Virus record (IMG/VR): IMGVR_UViG_3300037455_000462
Coordinates: 1 to 64,000 of that record
DNA length: 64,000 nucleotides
From: a virus
Taxonomy: Duplodnaviria; Caudoviricetes
Direction: 5' to 3' (one strand)
Shown here: in pieces, positions 9,753-19,498 of the stretch
Position numbering within the stretch: position 1 is the stretch's first letter
Layout of the letters: each line of letters starts with the position of its first letter
Notes under the pieces: generated by a model
The model's database searches: none
Told to the model about the DNA's origin: nothing
The model's input: the letters and a program-made list of their open reading frames with translations, nothing else
Program-made: the position numbers and the translations under genes

Positions 9753-11093
9753 GTGAACTACCGCTATATTAAAGGCATAGCGGCTTCTGACTTCACAGAC
9801 AGTCGCTTGTTTCCAAGTCTTACACCGTCTCCATCAGTGTAATCGACAGTCCCTGCCGATATATTGAACTTCGTTATATCTCTCAATCCTTCCTTGAGGA
9901 TGTTCTTTGCTGCATTGACATCTCTGTCGTGTTGTTTACCACAATGCGGGCAAGTCCATTCACGGACTCTCAAATTCTTGACTTCCTTGTTCACATATCC
10001 GCATTCGCCACAAGATTGGCTTGACGGATAATACCTTCCAATTTTGACGAGTATTTTATTATTTTGTTCGCATTTATATAAAAGGAATTGCACGAATGTC
10101 CCCCAACCTGCATCGGCAATGTGCTTTGCAAGTCTATGGTTTTTCACCATTCCTTTCACGTTCAAGTCCTCCACGCAGATGATGTCGTATTGCCTTACCA
10201 ACTCCATTGAAACCTTGTGCAGGTTGTCCACTCTGCAATTCGCAAACTTCTCGTGTATTTTTGCGACCTTCAGTCTTTGTCTTTCGTACTGAACGCTGCC
10301 ATATTGCTTCCTCGAAAGATGCTGCTGCGCACGTTTCAACTTGCGTTGGTATTTTCTTATATATCTGTTATTTTTGAATTTCCTTCCGTCAGAAGTTATG
10401 GCGAAATCCTTTATTCCGAGGTCTATACCGACCGACTTGTTTGTCTTGCTGTAAGGTTCATAGGTCTGCTCGGTAAGAATCGAGACAAAATATTTGCCCG
10501 TTGATGTAAGTGTCACTGTAGCGGACTTGATTGCGCCGACAATTTCACGATGCTGTCTGAACTTTATTCCGCCATTGAACTTCGGGAAATAAATTCTTCC
10601 GTCTTTGACCTCAACGTGCTGCGGAACGCTGAAACTGTTTTTGTGCTTCTTTGACTTGAAATTCGGGAACTTTGCGTTTCCACGGAAGAAGTTGACGTAT
10701 GCCGTTTCAAGATGCCGCAGAGCGTGCTGCAATGTCTGGCTGTTTATTTCATTCAACCAAGCATAATCCTTATCCTTTTTAAGTTCTGTAAGTTTCTTTG
10801 CCTGCGCGTAGTAGTTGTCCGACTTGTGTGTTTCGTCATACTGCTTTTTTCGTTCCGACAAGAAATGGTTGTACACAAAGCGGGTGCAGCCGAAATGCTT
10901 TGCGAGCAGGACTTTCTGCTTTTCATTCGGTTCAAGTCTGAACTTGTACGCCTTGTGTATTGTTTTCGCCATAAATGTAGTTTTACTTAATATATTTATA
11001 CGGCTTACAAAATGTATATTTTCTTTGTAAGACAGCAAATCGTTCAATTCATCCGCTTGGATAAAGACCAAGCGGGTTTCTTGAACAAGTCTT
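9753..11093 (-). mobile_element. IS200/IS605-family element, tnpB only (non-autonomous)
   Basis: Left-end hairpin CCGCTTGG/CCAAGCGG (11053-11075); right-end hairpin CCGCTAT/ATAGCGG (9761-9783) ending TTCAC at 9753; probable TAM TTTAT at 11094-11098 (left boundary inferred). Confidence 0.75.
9764..10972 (-). CDS. tnpB: RNA-guided nuclease TnpB
   Basis: [11 protein letters not shown]-terminal HTH; RuvC triad GIDLG / VEDL / DRDVNAA intact; CGEC..CPHC zinc ribbon; start re-assigned to ATG 10972. Confidence 0.93.
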   Translation of the reverse strand: MAKTIHKAYKFRLEPNEKQKVLLAKHFGCTRFVYNHFLSERKKQYDETHKSDNYYAQAKKLTELKKDKDYAWLNEINSQTLQHALRHLETAYVNFFRGNAKFPNFKSKKHKNSFSVPQHVEVKDGRIYFPKFNGGIKFRQHREIVGAIKSATVTLTSTGKYFVSILTEQTYEPYSKTNKSVGIDLGIKDFAITSDGRKFKNNRYIRKYQRKLKRAQQHLSRKQYGSVQYERQRLKVAKIHEKFANCRVDNLHKVSMELVRQYDIICVEDLNVKGMVKNHRLAKHIADAGWGTFVQFLLYKCEQNNKILVKIGRYYPSSQSCGECGYVNKEVKNLRVREWTCPHCGKQHDRDVNAAKNILKEGLRDITKFNISAGTVDYTDGDGVRLGNKRLSVKSEAAMPLI

Positions 11094-11129
11094 ATAAATA
11101 TATAATAAAAATCTCAAAAAAGTAAATAT

Positions 11130-13016
11130 ATGAAAACTTTTCAAGAAACCATACAGTCAAACGGACTTGAATTCGTGAGAGACCTTATGAACGGTTACAC
11201 AATGGTCTATGAAAAAATCAACGCTTCAACACTTTCATTCAAACGCATAGACGACACACTGTACTTTTTCAAGGGCAGGAACAACGAGGAGATAAACAGC
11301 ATCAACTCTATGCTGTATTCCTATTTCCAAGACGGCATAGACCACGTTAAGAGAACAAGTCTGATTTGGTACAAGGAACTCCCAGAGAATTGGCTGTTCA
11401 GAATGCAGTATGTCATTCAGAACGACAACAATATGATTAACTACAACAATATGCCGCAGAACAATCTCATTCTGTCGTGCATAGACACGGGCAACACAAT
11501 CATAGAAGACCCAAACGTCCTCAAAAAGTGGGCTGACAGACTTCAGATTGACTACGCGCAGCCCGTGTTCAACGGATTCCTATCCGAATTTCAAAAGGAA
11601 AGGTTGGTTGAATACCTGCAAAACGGAGACCTAAACGGCATATCGTTCTCGCAATACATCATCAGCCTCCTCAACCCACAAATGACACACAGCGCATTGA
11701 GCGATGAGTTTATGGGCGGAATAGACAGTTTCATATTCAAGTTCTACAAGCCAGGCGCGAAGAAATCCACAACGCTGAAACTCATCGACCCTTATATGAC
11801 CGCGCTCATACAGCAGAACAAACACGAGTTCGGTAAGATTGACGGAACGGAATCCGAGGTGGTGCTTGCAAATTTCATAGCATACCTGCAAACGGTGAAC
11901 CTCAACACGATAGAAGCGCAGGGTGAAACCGAGGAGGAAAGGTACATTGACGTTATCTGCAAACTGTTCAACAACTACATCAAGAAAGAGCAGGAGTTGC
12001 TCAAGGGCATAAAAGGTGATGTGAACGAATCGTATTCCGTGAACCTTGACAAAATAAAGAACACGGAAACCGTGGAACTGCTGCGCAACAACCCAAGCCT
12101 CACCACCGTTTTCCAAATCATAACGGGTATGTTTATGAACAAGAAAGACGACAACAACCCGAACTCCCTCATCAGCGGAAGTGTTATGGACGCTTTCAAC
12201 AAAGAGGTGAGTGACATTTGGAATCACGTGTCCGACAAAGCGGAGTCTGTTCAGACTTTCAAGGAACTTATGGGCGGCGACAAAACGGAGGCTGAAACCG
12301 AAAAGGTTATGACGTTCACCGAATATATGAACAACATAGGTCGCGGCGAAGAATACCTTTCCAATGACGATGAAGGCGGCAAATCCGAGGAAACAGAGAA
12401 AGACGGCAATTCCGAAAAACAAGCCGAGCAACCGAGCGAAACCGAACACAACGACAAACCGAGCGAAAGCGGCAGTTCGGAAACGACCGTTTCGGATAGC
12501 GGCAAAGAACCCGAAAAGGAAGAGCCAACGCAGGACAAAAACGAGGCAACCGAAAAATCTGACGAAGTAAAAAACGAAGAAACTGATTCGGAAAACAAAG
12601 AAAGCGGAAAGGAAAAGGAAGCAGAAAACAAGGAATCCGAAAACAATGAATCCGAGAATAAGGATTCCGAAAACAAGGAATCCGAGGATAATGCTGGCGA
12701 TAAAGAAAAAGGCTCGGAAAAGTCTGATGAAAAATCTGACGAAAACAAAGACAATGGCGAAACCGACAAAGACGGCGAATCCGAAAAGGACGAACCGAAA
12801 AAGGAAGAACCATCCGAAAACGACAAAGGCAAAACCGAAGAAAAGGACGAACCGAAAAAAGAGGAATCCAAAAAGGACGAGCCGAATGATGACGAACCCA
12901 AAAAGGACGAACCGAAAAAAGAAGAGCCGAAAAAGGAAGAGCCGAAAAAGGACGAACCAAAAAAGGAAAAGTCCAACGACAAAGACAACGACAAGTCGGA
13001 TAGCATATCCCTATAA
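11130..13016 (+). CDS. Late protein: degenerate ligase/nucleotidyltransferase-like N-domain plus long Glu/Lys/Asp tail
   Basis: VYEKINAS resembles motif I (EKxDG); DSFIFK and LKLID resemble motifs IV/V; about 230 aa charged low-complexity tail. Confidence 0.5.
   Translation: MKTFQETIQSNGLEFVRDLMNGYTMVYEKINASTLSFKRIDDTLYFFKGRNNEEINSINSMLYSYFQDGIDHVKRTSLIWYKELPENWLFRMQYVIQNDNNMINYNNMPQNNLILSCIDTGNTIIEDPNVLKKWADRLQIDYAQPVFNGFLSEFQKERLVEYLQNGDLNGISFSQYIISLLNPQMTHSALSDEFMGGIDSFIFKFYKPGAKKSTTLKLIDPYMTALIQQNKHEFGKIDGTESEVVLANFIAYLQTVNLNTIEAQGETEEERYIDVICKLFNNYIKKEQELLKGIKGDVNESYSVNLDKIKNTETVELLRNNPSLTTVFQIITGMFMNKKDDNNPNSLISGSVMDAFNKEVSDIWNHVSDKAESVQTFKELMGGDKTEAETEKVMTFTEYMNNIGRGEEYLSNDDEGGKSEETEKDGNSEKQAEQPSETEHNDKPSESGSSETTVSDSGKEPEKEEPTQDKNEATEKSDEVKNEETDSENKESGKEKEAENKESENNESENKDSENKESEDNAGDKEKGSEKSDEKSDENKDNGETDKDGESEKDEPKKEEPSENDKGKTEEKDEPKKEESKKDEPNDDEPKKDEPKKEEPKKEEPKKDEPKKEKSNDKDNDKSDSISL
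12786..12966 (+). repeat. Coding pentapeptide repeats K[DE]EPK
   Basis: Imperfect AAGGACGAACCGAAA units. Confidence 0.75.
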
Positions 13017-13033
13017 AGAAACATAATAAAGAA

Positions 13034-13657
13034 ATGGAAATATTACTCACAGAACAATTCACCGAAGCCATACTCGAAATGGCTGCTACGAAGAGAATCG
13101 CGCAGGAAATTGACGATTTCTTCGAGATGTTGAATGCACGCAAAAACACATTTGCCTACGCATACACAGCCAACACGATGGACAGCAAACTGAAAAGGAA
13201 CATCGTGAACGCTGACGGTGTGAGCGAGATAAACCCTATGTTCGGAAAACTCTACAAAGTCACCACATACAAATTCAACTTCGGCAGGACTTACAGAGAG
13301 GCTGTCAACAGAAAGAACCCCGCTTGGAACGTGCAAATCAAGAACGGTTACAGCGAAAGGGTGCAGGGTTACAAAATGGTTTATTTCAACGCGAAAGGCG
13401 ACTTAATGTTCCCCATAGCGGACTTCACATCAAAGTCGAGGTACTTTATGGTTGATGAGAACAACAACATCCAAGAATACAAACTTGACGAACTCAAACC
13501 ATATATGAAGCCTTCGTCAACCGTGCAACGCCAAAGCAGTTCTGGCGTCAACTACAAGAACATCAACGTTGACAAAATCTACAAATTCAACGCAGGCGGA
13601 AAGACTTGGAACAACAGAGTGTTCATCTACACGGAACTGCTGCCCGCTCTGAAATAG
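13034..13657 (+). CDS. Hypothetical protein, leader MEILLTEQFTEAILE
   Basis: 207 aa ORF in late operon. Confidence 0.65.
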   Translation: MEILLTEQFTEAILEMAATKRIAQEIDDFFEMLNARKNTFAYAYTANTMDSKLKRNIVNADGVSEINPMFGKLYKVTTYKFNFGRTYREAVNRKNPAWNVQIKNGYSERVQGYKMVYFNAKGDLMFPIADFTSKSRYFMVDENNNIQEYKLDELKPYMKPSSTVQRQSSSGVNYKNINVDKIYKFNAGGKTWNNRVFIYTELLPALK

Positions 13658-13690
13658 CACGGCAAACAAATCGTCATATATTACGCATAT

Positions 13691-14140
13691 ATGAAGAATC
13701 TATCTGACTACATAGAAAAGAAAGAGCATAAACCGATAGACGTGTCGCTTGGAAAATGCTTCGGCGGCGGAGGATATTGCTGCACCAATATCAGCGCGGC
13801 TGACTTGTTCCTGCAAATAATGCCGAAACTGAAAGATGAATTCAAGTCGGAACTACTGCAACTGAAGGACAGACCCCAATTCTCAAACGAGTTGTCGCCC
13901 GCAGCCGTTAACTTCTACGGAAGCGATGACAAAATCATAGCGACATACAAGCGCGAGGTAATGCGCAAGATACCCACACGACTAACCCCGTTCTCATCCG
14001 TCACATACGTTCCGACAGTAATACACAATGTCGTAAGTTTCGCCGATAGTTGCGACAGACAGAAATTCATCGACAAATGCAAAGAACTGTCAAACGGGGT
14101 TATCGACTTTGACAAATACATAAAACAAGCACAATTATGA
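13691..14140 (+). CDS. Hypothetical protein, leader MKNLSDYIE
   Basis: 149 aa ORF in late operon. Confidence 0.6.
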   Translation: MKNLSDYIEKKEHKPIDVSLGKCFGGGGYCCTNISAADLFLQIMPKLKDEFKSELLQLKDRPQFSNELSPAAVNFYGSDDKIIATYKREVMRKIPTRLTPFSSVTYVPTVIHNVVSFADSCDRQKFIDKCKELSNGVIDFDKYIKQAQL

Positions 14141-14607
14141 AAATACTGAACACGGATGAATTTGTAAACGAGAAACTCGGCATCAAACCCATAAACAAAG
14201 ACCGATTGGAAGACATCGTTCATAACGAGTTGCCATACAACACATTCAAGGCGAAAATCAATTTGCTGATTGACGACTTGAAAAAGGAAGTGGAGCAAAG
14301 TGAAGATGAAGAGGAATCTATGTCATTGGAAGATTTCGACCTGCGCTTCCCATACAACAATGAGATATTCCAAATACCAAATTCCGAAAAGGACATTGAA
14401 GAAATATGGGACAAAATACTCGTAGGATTCGAAATGGATAAGTTTGAAAAAAACGAGGACGGCGACCCCGAAACATTTGTTGAGGCTTGGCTGAACTACG
14501 ACCTCGGTGTCGGCAATGTATCAGCAGACCCTATGGTTAATTATGCCGTCAATATCGTACAGAAAAAAGACGGACGACTCGAAGTATCATACGTGAATGA
14601 AAAATAG
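14137..14607 (+). CDS. Hypothetical acidic protein with shared leader
   Basis: MKILNTDEFVNE-KLGIKPINKDRL. Confidence 0.75.
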   Translation: MKILNTDEFVNEKLGIKPINKDRLEDIVHNELPYNTFKAKINLLIDDLKKEVEQSEDEEESMSLEDFDLRFPYNNEIFQIPNSEKDIEEIWDKILVGFEMDKFEKNEDGDPETFVEAWLNYDLGVGNVSADPMVNYAVNIVQKKDGRLEVSYVNEK

Positions 14608-14639
14608 AAAAACAGCCGTCAAATCTGACGGCTGTTTTT
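14608..14639. terminator. Bidirectional terminator
   Basis: AAAAACAGCCGTCA / TGACGGCTGTTTTT. Confidence 0.8.
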
Positions 14640-14661
14640 GTTAAACGATATACATCATTGC

Positions 14662-15201
14662 TTATAGACAAGCATCTATATCCATCGCAACTTTTCCACC
14701 AAACACACTTGCTATTTTTGCAAACATACAGTCGGTAACAATATGTTGAAGTGAACCGAATGGGTTTGTGTTTCCGATATAATCATTACCTTTATCAATA
14801 ATATATTTGTAAAACGCTTTGTACTCTTCAAATTGGTCAGAATAGTGACTCAAATAATTTGCAATTTCATAACGCACCTCATAATGGTGATTTTGGCTTG
14901 TTAATTCAGCAAAATGATACAATATATTTTTTGGTATGACTATTCTCTTTTTCTTACAATGGTCATCTTTTACAAAAAAATCTATCATTTTTTTTGCAGA
15001 TTCGGCATAATCATTTGGTGATACCTTTTTTCCTTTGGTATGATTTCTCATAGTTTCATAAGAATCCGCCGCATCGGGATACGTGTTTTCAATATCCCAA
15101 CAAATACAATGGTATTTGTTTGAAAGTTCTTTAGCGAATTGTACATCAAACGAGTCTTGTTGGTTTTCCACCATTTCATCAATTTTCTTTATATGTGACA
15201 T
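14662..15201 (-). CDS. Hypothetical AT-rich gene with MSHIKKIDE leader
   Basis: Late promoter at 15220; leader family. Confidence 0.7.
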   Translation of the reverse strand: MSHIKKIDEMVENQQDSFDVQFAKELSNKYHCICWDIENTYPDAADSYETMRNHTKGKKVSPNDYAESAKKMIDFFVKDDHCKKKRIVIPKNILYHFAELTSQNHHYEVRYEIANYLSHYSDQFEEYKAFYKYIIDKGNDYIGNTNPFGSLQHIVTDCMFAKIASVFGGKVAMDIDACL

Positions 15202-15286
15202 AATTTCAAATATTTTATATATTTATAAAGCAAAAGCCGCCAAGAATGACGGCTTCGTAACTCCTTCAACAACTTGGTTGACGAGA

Positions 15287-16027
15287 TTAGATATATACGT
15301 TCTGACTTACCACATCGGGGTTCATAGGCGGATTCGGCGGCTCGCTGTTCACGCCGCTAACCATATGCGTATGCTTGTTGAAATACTCCAAGAACTTGTT
15401 TCCTTTAAGCAGACCCTCGACCGCTTCCTGCCCAAGTTTGATGCAGGGCGAATTGATGGTTATCTCCTTGTCGGAATTTATGGTAATGCTTCCGTTCTTC
15501 AACGATATAGCATCGCCGTTTGAATTGCTGATGCTCACCTCCCCCTCTGGCGACATTTGGAACACAGTTCCGCCGTATGCGTTCTTGAAGTCTATGACAA
15601 ACCCGTTCTCCTCCGTGAACAAAACCTTGATATACTCACCCTTGCGGAAATTGTCGCTGTCGTTGGCAAGATTGGTGTCATATATTAGGACGTGGGCGTT
15701 TGGATAATAATCCGTGCCTATCTCCGCAGACACCTCATCGGAAACATACATAATGCTGCTCCATTCTGGGGCGTTAATGCTTCCGCCGACCTTTACAACA
15801 GAGCCTATCTTCGGAACGGAGAAACATCCCGCGCCGCTGCTGCTGCCGCCCTGCGAAAGACACGCGGGCATAGCCCAAGGGAGCATTTCCGTTGGTATGA
15901 CATACGAGCCGTCATCCTTCTTTTGGTCGGTAACGCCGTATATTCTAACCCTTACACGCCCTTTGAACAGAGGGTCGATATTGTCTTCAACTTTTCCTAT
16001 CATATCGTTTGGCTTCTCATTATCCAA
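15287..16027 (-). CDS. Baseplate hub/spike protein (gp5 N-terminal OB fold)
   Basis: GKVEDNIDPLFKGRVRVRIYG..LPWA..VPKIGSVV; C-terminal HTH metal-binding tip motif. Confidence 0.85.
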   Translation of the reverse strand: MDNEKPNDMIGKVEDNIDPLFKGRVRVRIYGVTDQKKDDGSYVIPTEMLPWAMPACLSQGGSSSGAGCFSVPKIGSVVKVGGSINAPEWSSIMYVSDEVSAEIGTDYYPNAHVLIYDTNLANDSDNFRKGEYIKVLFTEENGFVIDFKNAYGGTVFQMSPEGEVSISNSNGDAISLKNGSITINSDKEITINSPCIKLGQEAVEGLLKGNKFLEYFNKHTHMVSGVNSEPPNPPMNPDVVSQNVYI

Positions 16028-16635
16028 TAGGCATCAATCAAGTCGTCTATCGGTTTTATGTTCTTGTAGTCGAGTTCGTTTTCCGTAACATATTTATAGA
16101 GCGGGTTGTTGATAAGCAAATCGTCACCAAGTTTGTTGTCTATGAACGCTTGAATCATATACTCCTTGTTGGCGTTGCCTTTGCCCGCGAGTTTCTTCGC
16201 CGATGTCGGGGCTACAATCATAAGTCTGTCGTAACCGAACATCCTTATTATGTCCTTGCGCAGAAACGAATTGAACATAATGAGGTCGATGAACGCCGCG
16301 CCTTGGCTTTGGAACGCGAACCCCTCAAGGGAAACGATGCATTCTTCAGACATATATCTTGTTATGCGTTCCGTTATCATATTGCTCATAAACGATGCGT
16401 CCCGCATTTTCGACATCTGCTCCGATTGGTACGAAGTCTTGTCTGTGTTTCGGTTATACGGGACAACCTCTATGATGTCCGAAAGAATGTTGTGGTAGTG
16501 GAATTTTTTAAGGGGTTTCTCCCTTTTCCATTCAAGACCCTCCGCGTTGAAAAACGAAACGAAAGTGAGTTCCGCACCGTTGTCAATACAAATGGAAGGC
16601 GAATTAAGTGAATAGTCTATGCCTATCCTTATCAT
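16000..16635 (-). CDS. RuvC-like Holliday junction resolvase
   Basis: IGIDYSLNSP, SLEGFAF, APTSAKK..GKGNANKE, DDLIDAYWI. Confidence 0.8.
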   Translation of the reverse strand: MIRIGIDYSLNSPSICIDNGAELTFVSFFNAEGLEWKREKPLKKFHYHNILSDIIEVVPYNRNTDKTSYQSEQMSKMRDASFMSNMITERITRYMSEECIVSLEGFAFQSQGAAFIDLIMFNSFLRKDIIRMFGYDRLMIVAPTSAKKLAGKGNANKEYMIQAFIDNKLGDDLLINNPLYKYVTENELDYKNIKPIDDLIDAYWIMRSQTI

Positions 16636-16682
16636 AAATTGTTCCTCTCGTGTTTATGCACCCAAATACGCCGAATTTCGGC

Positions 16683-17450
16683 TTATTTGAATACGGATGA
16701 TACATTAGTCGTTTTGTCGTCAAAGACCGATTTTAAGCGCGAAACCTGCATTTTGTCGGCAAGCAGTTCGGTCTGCTTGTCGGTCTCGTTTCCGTTGTTC
16801 TGTGACGGTATCGTCAAATCCTCGACAATGGTAGCCTCGATGTACTCTTGCGAATTCACCATCGATTCGAGTTCCGTGAGTTTCGCGCTCAAAGCAGCCT
16901 TTTCCGCTTCGAGGGAGTCTATCTTGTTCTGCATATCCGCAATCTTGTCCTCGTATTCAGACACGGTTGTGTTCAGTTGCGTTTGCAGATTCAAGACAGT
17001 CCCGTTCAGCGATGTTATGGTATCGGTCAGCGATGTTTCCATAACGTTGGCGTAGTCGCCCCAACGACCGCTATACAGCACGGTTTCGTCCGATGATGAC
17101 TTGCCGTCCTCGATGACAGTGGAGATATAGAATGTCTTGTCGGACAGATTCAGTATCTTCTCCGCATCGGATTCGCTTATGCGGAACACAACTTCCCCGT
17201 TAGCCATATCCACATTCTCCGCATCCTTGTAATGTGGTATGCGGATTTTGGTCTCGCCGCTGAAGAACGAGAGGTACACCGTTCCGAGATTCGTCAGATT
17301 CAACGGAACGTGGTTGTCAACCTCCTTATCCTCGCTTTCACGGTATATGGTGAAGAGGTAGTAGTTCGTGAACGGGGAAATCTCCATACAGATATCCCCG
17401 CGATAATACATAGTCGTGTTGGACGCTAACTGCTGTATGCGTGTCGGCAT
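16683..17450 (-). CDS. Probable structural protein with coiled coil
   Basis: Beta-rich N-half; heptad-repeat C-half. Confidence 0.5.
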   Translation of the reverse strand: MPTRIQQLASNTTMYYRGDICMEISPFTNYYLFTIYRESEDKEVDNHVPLNLTNLGTVYLSFFSGETKIRIPHYKDAENVDMANGEVVFRISESDAEKILNLSDKTFYISTVIEDGKSSSDETVLYSGRWGDYANVMETSLTDTITSLNGTVLNLQTQLNTTVSEYEDKIADMQNKIDSLEAEKAALSAKLTELESMVNSQEYIEATIVEDLTIPSQNNGNETDKQTELLADKMQVSRLKSVFDDKTTNVSSVFK

Positions 17451-17770
17451 TATTTTCTTTTTTGTTCTTCGAGTGTTTTCAATTCGGCATCAATCTGCTT
17501 CTCGCGCTCCAAGTCGAAACGCTTTCTGTCGGTTGACTGAATCATACGCTTCTCGCTCTTGAGACCCTCGATTCGCAGGTCGGTGTCTGTTATCTGATAT
17601 TTCCTAATGCTGTCTATGCGCTCGTTTATCTGCTCGACCTGCTCGGTTTGCCTCTTGTCGAAGCGTTTGACCTTCTTGTTGGTGGAGCAGGTTTTCGCCA
17701 TCACGCAGAGCATAAGGCAGATGATGATTAGGATTCCGTATTTGTTCAGAAATTCAAGTGCTTTCTTCAT
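17450..17770 (-). CDS. Membrane-anchored coiled-coil protein
   Basis: N-terminal hydrophobic GILIIICLMLCVMA segment. Confidence 0.5.
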   Translation of the reverse strand: MKKALEFLNKYGILIIICLMLCVMAKTCSTNKKVKRFDKRQTEQVEQINERIDSIRKYQITDTDLRIEGLKSEKRMIQSTDRKRFDLEREKQIDAELKTLEEQKRK

Positions 17771-17773
17771 AAT

Positions 17774-18661
17774 TTAGAATTTTTCGTTGTCAAGTGGAAT
17801 GTATGAGTTGATTTTCTCACGAAGAGTGACCTTACCGAGTTCCTTGCCGTCTTTGTCGTATGACATAACCTTCTCGTTCATCAGTTCCTCGAAATCACGG
17901 TAGTCCTTGCCCGCTTCCTTGCATTTGATTGTGCAGAAGTCGGCGAGATACTTGCCGCCGTTTGGAGAGGTCATCTGCTTGGCATCGCCAGTGAACGTGC
18001 TGCCGAAGTAAATCCACACATCGCCGCCGACAATATCGTGACCCTTTCCGTACTTCAAGATGTTAAGCATCTGCTCGGCACAGCCCTTGTGCGTTTTCGC
18101 GAGGATTTTGTCGTCAACCCTGCGGCTGCGCATTTGGTTCTGTTTCTTCGCGGTCTCGAAATTGTTGAGAACCCAAACGAGGTGGATGTTGTTCTTGTCG
18201 TAGCCACCCATACCCGCGAGAACGGCAATATCCTCAAGTTTCGGGTAATTCTTCAAAGTAACGTCAAAAAGGATATTGTCCTTTCTTTTCTTTGTAGCCT
18301 GCTGCTTGAACAAGGTGTTGTTCGTTTTCTTTGCGAGTTTGTTCGTGTCGGCGAAGTCGTGAAGGTTTGACACATCCTCGGTGTTTGTCATATCGACCTC
18401 ATCAAGGTACTTTCCGTAGGTTTCCTTGAACTGCTTGCTCAAAGGATTGTCCTTTTTCATTTTCATAAGGGTCTCCTTGATGTCATCGACATTGAGAACC
18501 TTCGCGTCAATACCAAGCACGTTGCTGACAACAAAGCCTTTGCCGCTGCCGCCACCGCCGCACATAATGACTATCTGCCCGTCTTTCGGGTAAGCCTTTT
18601 TGTTGAATGTGATGAGTTTCTCCAAAATCGCAGAGAACTCGTTGTAAAGCATTATGTTCAT
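17774..18661 (-). CDS. P-loop kinase (zeta-toxin/AAA_33-like) with capsid-targeting-like leader
   Basis: GGGGSGKG, LNVDD, ILFDVT, QNQMRSRRV; leader MNIMLYNEFSAILE. Confidence 0.7.
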   Translation of the reverse strand: MNIMLYNEFSAILEKLITFNKKAYPKDGQIVIMCGGGGSGKGFVVSNVLGIDAKVLNVDDIKETLMKMKKDNPLSKQFKETYGKYLDEVDMTNTEDVSNLHDFADTNKLAKKTNNTLFKQQATKKRKDNILFDVTLKNYPKLEDIAVLAGMGGYDKNNIHLVWVLNNFETAKKQNQMRSRRVDDKILAKTHKGCAEQMLNILKYGKGHDIVGGDVWIYFGSTFTGDAKQMTSPNGGKYLADFCTIKCKEAGKDYRDFEELMNEKVMSYDKDGKELGKVTLREKINSYIPLDNEKF

Positions 18662-18966
18662 TTCAGTTCATTTATTTTTTCCATTATCTGTTGTTCGGTT
18701 TGGAGACCGACCGCGACACTGACCGCGTTGCCGTCCTTGAAATACGCAACAAGCGGGATATTCTTCACGCCGAACTTCTCGGCTAACTCTTGGTTCTCCT
18801 CTATGTCACATTTCGCTATCGTAACATCGGGCAATTCCTCCGACATTTTGTCAAGTGTCTTCCCCAACACACGGCAGGGCGAACACCATTCAGCATAAAA
18901 ATCAACGATAACGATTCCCTTTGAGATGGTTTCCATAAAATTTTCCTTTGTCACTTTTGTAATCAT
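18658..18966 (-). CDS. trxA: Thioredoxin
   Basis: DFYAEWCSPC, FGVKNIP. Confidence 0.9.
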   Translation of the reverse strand: MITKVTKENFMETISKGIVIVDFYAEWCSPCRVLGKTLDKMSEELPDVTIAKCDIEENQELAEKFGVKNIPLVAYFKDGNAVSVAVGLQTEQQIMEKINELK

Positions 18967-18998
18967 ATCAATAAGTTTTTAGTTTGTTAATACTCTTA

Positions 18999-19469
18999 TT
19001 AATTATTAAACAAGCCGCTTTTCGTGTAATACAATTTGAGCAAAAGGTCGTCCCCGCAGAACAAATCCTCCTGCACTCTGTCAGCATATTTCCTTATGAT
19101 GCCGAAATACACTTCCTTTTTGGAATAACGTTCCAACGCAACATACAGAGTGGCTAAAATCTTGACCTTTTTCATTTTCTTGCCAACACGTTGCTCGTGC
19201 TTTTTCAATTGTTCAGCAATAGGGAGTTTCTCCCAAGATACAAATCGTTTTTCCGTCTCGGCTATAGCCACATCCATATTGACCCAACATTCCTGCGAGA
19301 AACCTTGTGTTCTGACATTTATCACGAATGACAATCTTTCACACACTTTCCTGCCTTTCCAAAAATTGTCAATATGCAGCAAATTTGCTTCTTTTTTGAG
19401 ACGTTCCTTGCTCATCGGGGTAATGTCCAACTTCTCCGAAACAAATCTCCTATATTCCAATACTTGCAT
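18999..19469 (-). CDS. Leader-bearing hypothetical protein, paralog 1 of 3
   Basis: MQVLEYRRFVSE-KLDITPMSKERL; own late promoter. Confidence 0.75.
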   Translation of the reverse strand: MQVLEYRRFVSEKLDITPMSKERLKKEANLLHIDNFWKGRKVCERLSFVINVRTQGFSQECWVNMDVAIAETEKRFVSWEKLPIAEQLKKHEQRVGKKMKKVKILATLYVALERYSKKEVYFGIIRKYADRVQEDLFCGDDLLLKLYYTKSGLFNN

Positions 19470-19498
19470 ACGAATCTATTTGTTATATTTATAAATCA

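Noticed and set aside
10993-11005. TTTAT+ACGG inside the element as a TnpB self-target for autoregulation
   Set aside because: Only the first 4 nt match the predicted guide, too short to support.
10973-11093. tnpA gene or N-terminal extension of TnpB (ORF track start 11071)
   Set aside because: Only 120 bp, containing the left-end hairpin and a promoter; no HUH motif.
11631-13149. Long antisense ORFs (Ser/Phe-rich 257 and 277 aa; likewise 44776-46266 and 61993-63132)
   Set aside because: Shadows of codon-biased or repetitive sense genes, with no motifs or promoters.
13655-13693. TAG read-through would fuse the 13034 and 13691 ORFs in frame
   Set aside because: A single case that can arise by chance; the downstream gene has its own leader-type start.
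17774-18966. Zeta/epsilon toxin-antitoxin pair
   Set aside because: The neighbour is a thioredoxin, not an antitoxin, and only generic P-loop kinase motifs support the zeta-like call.
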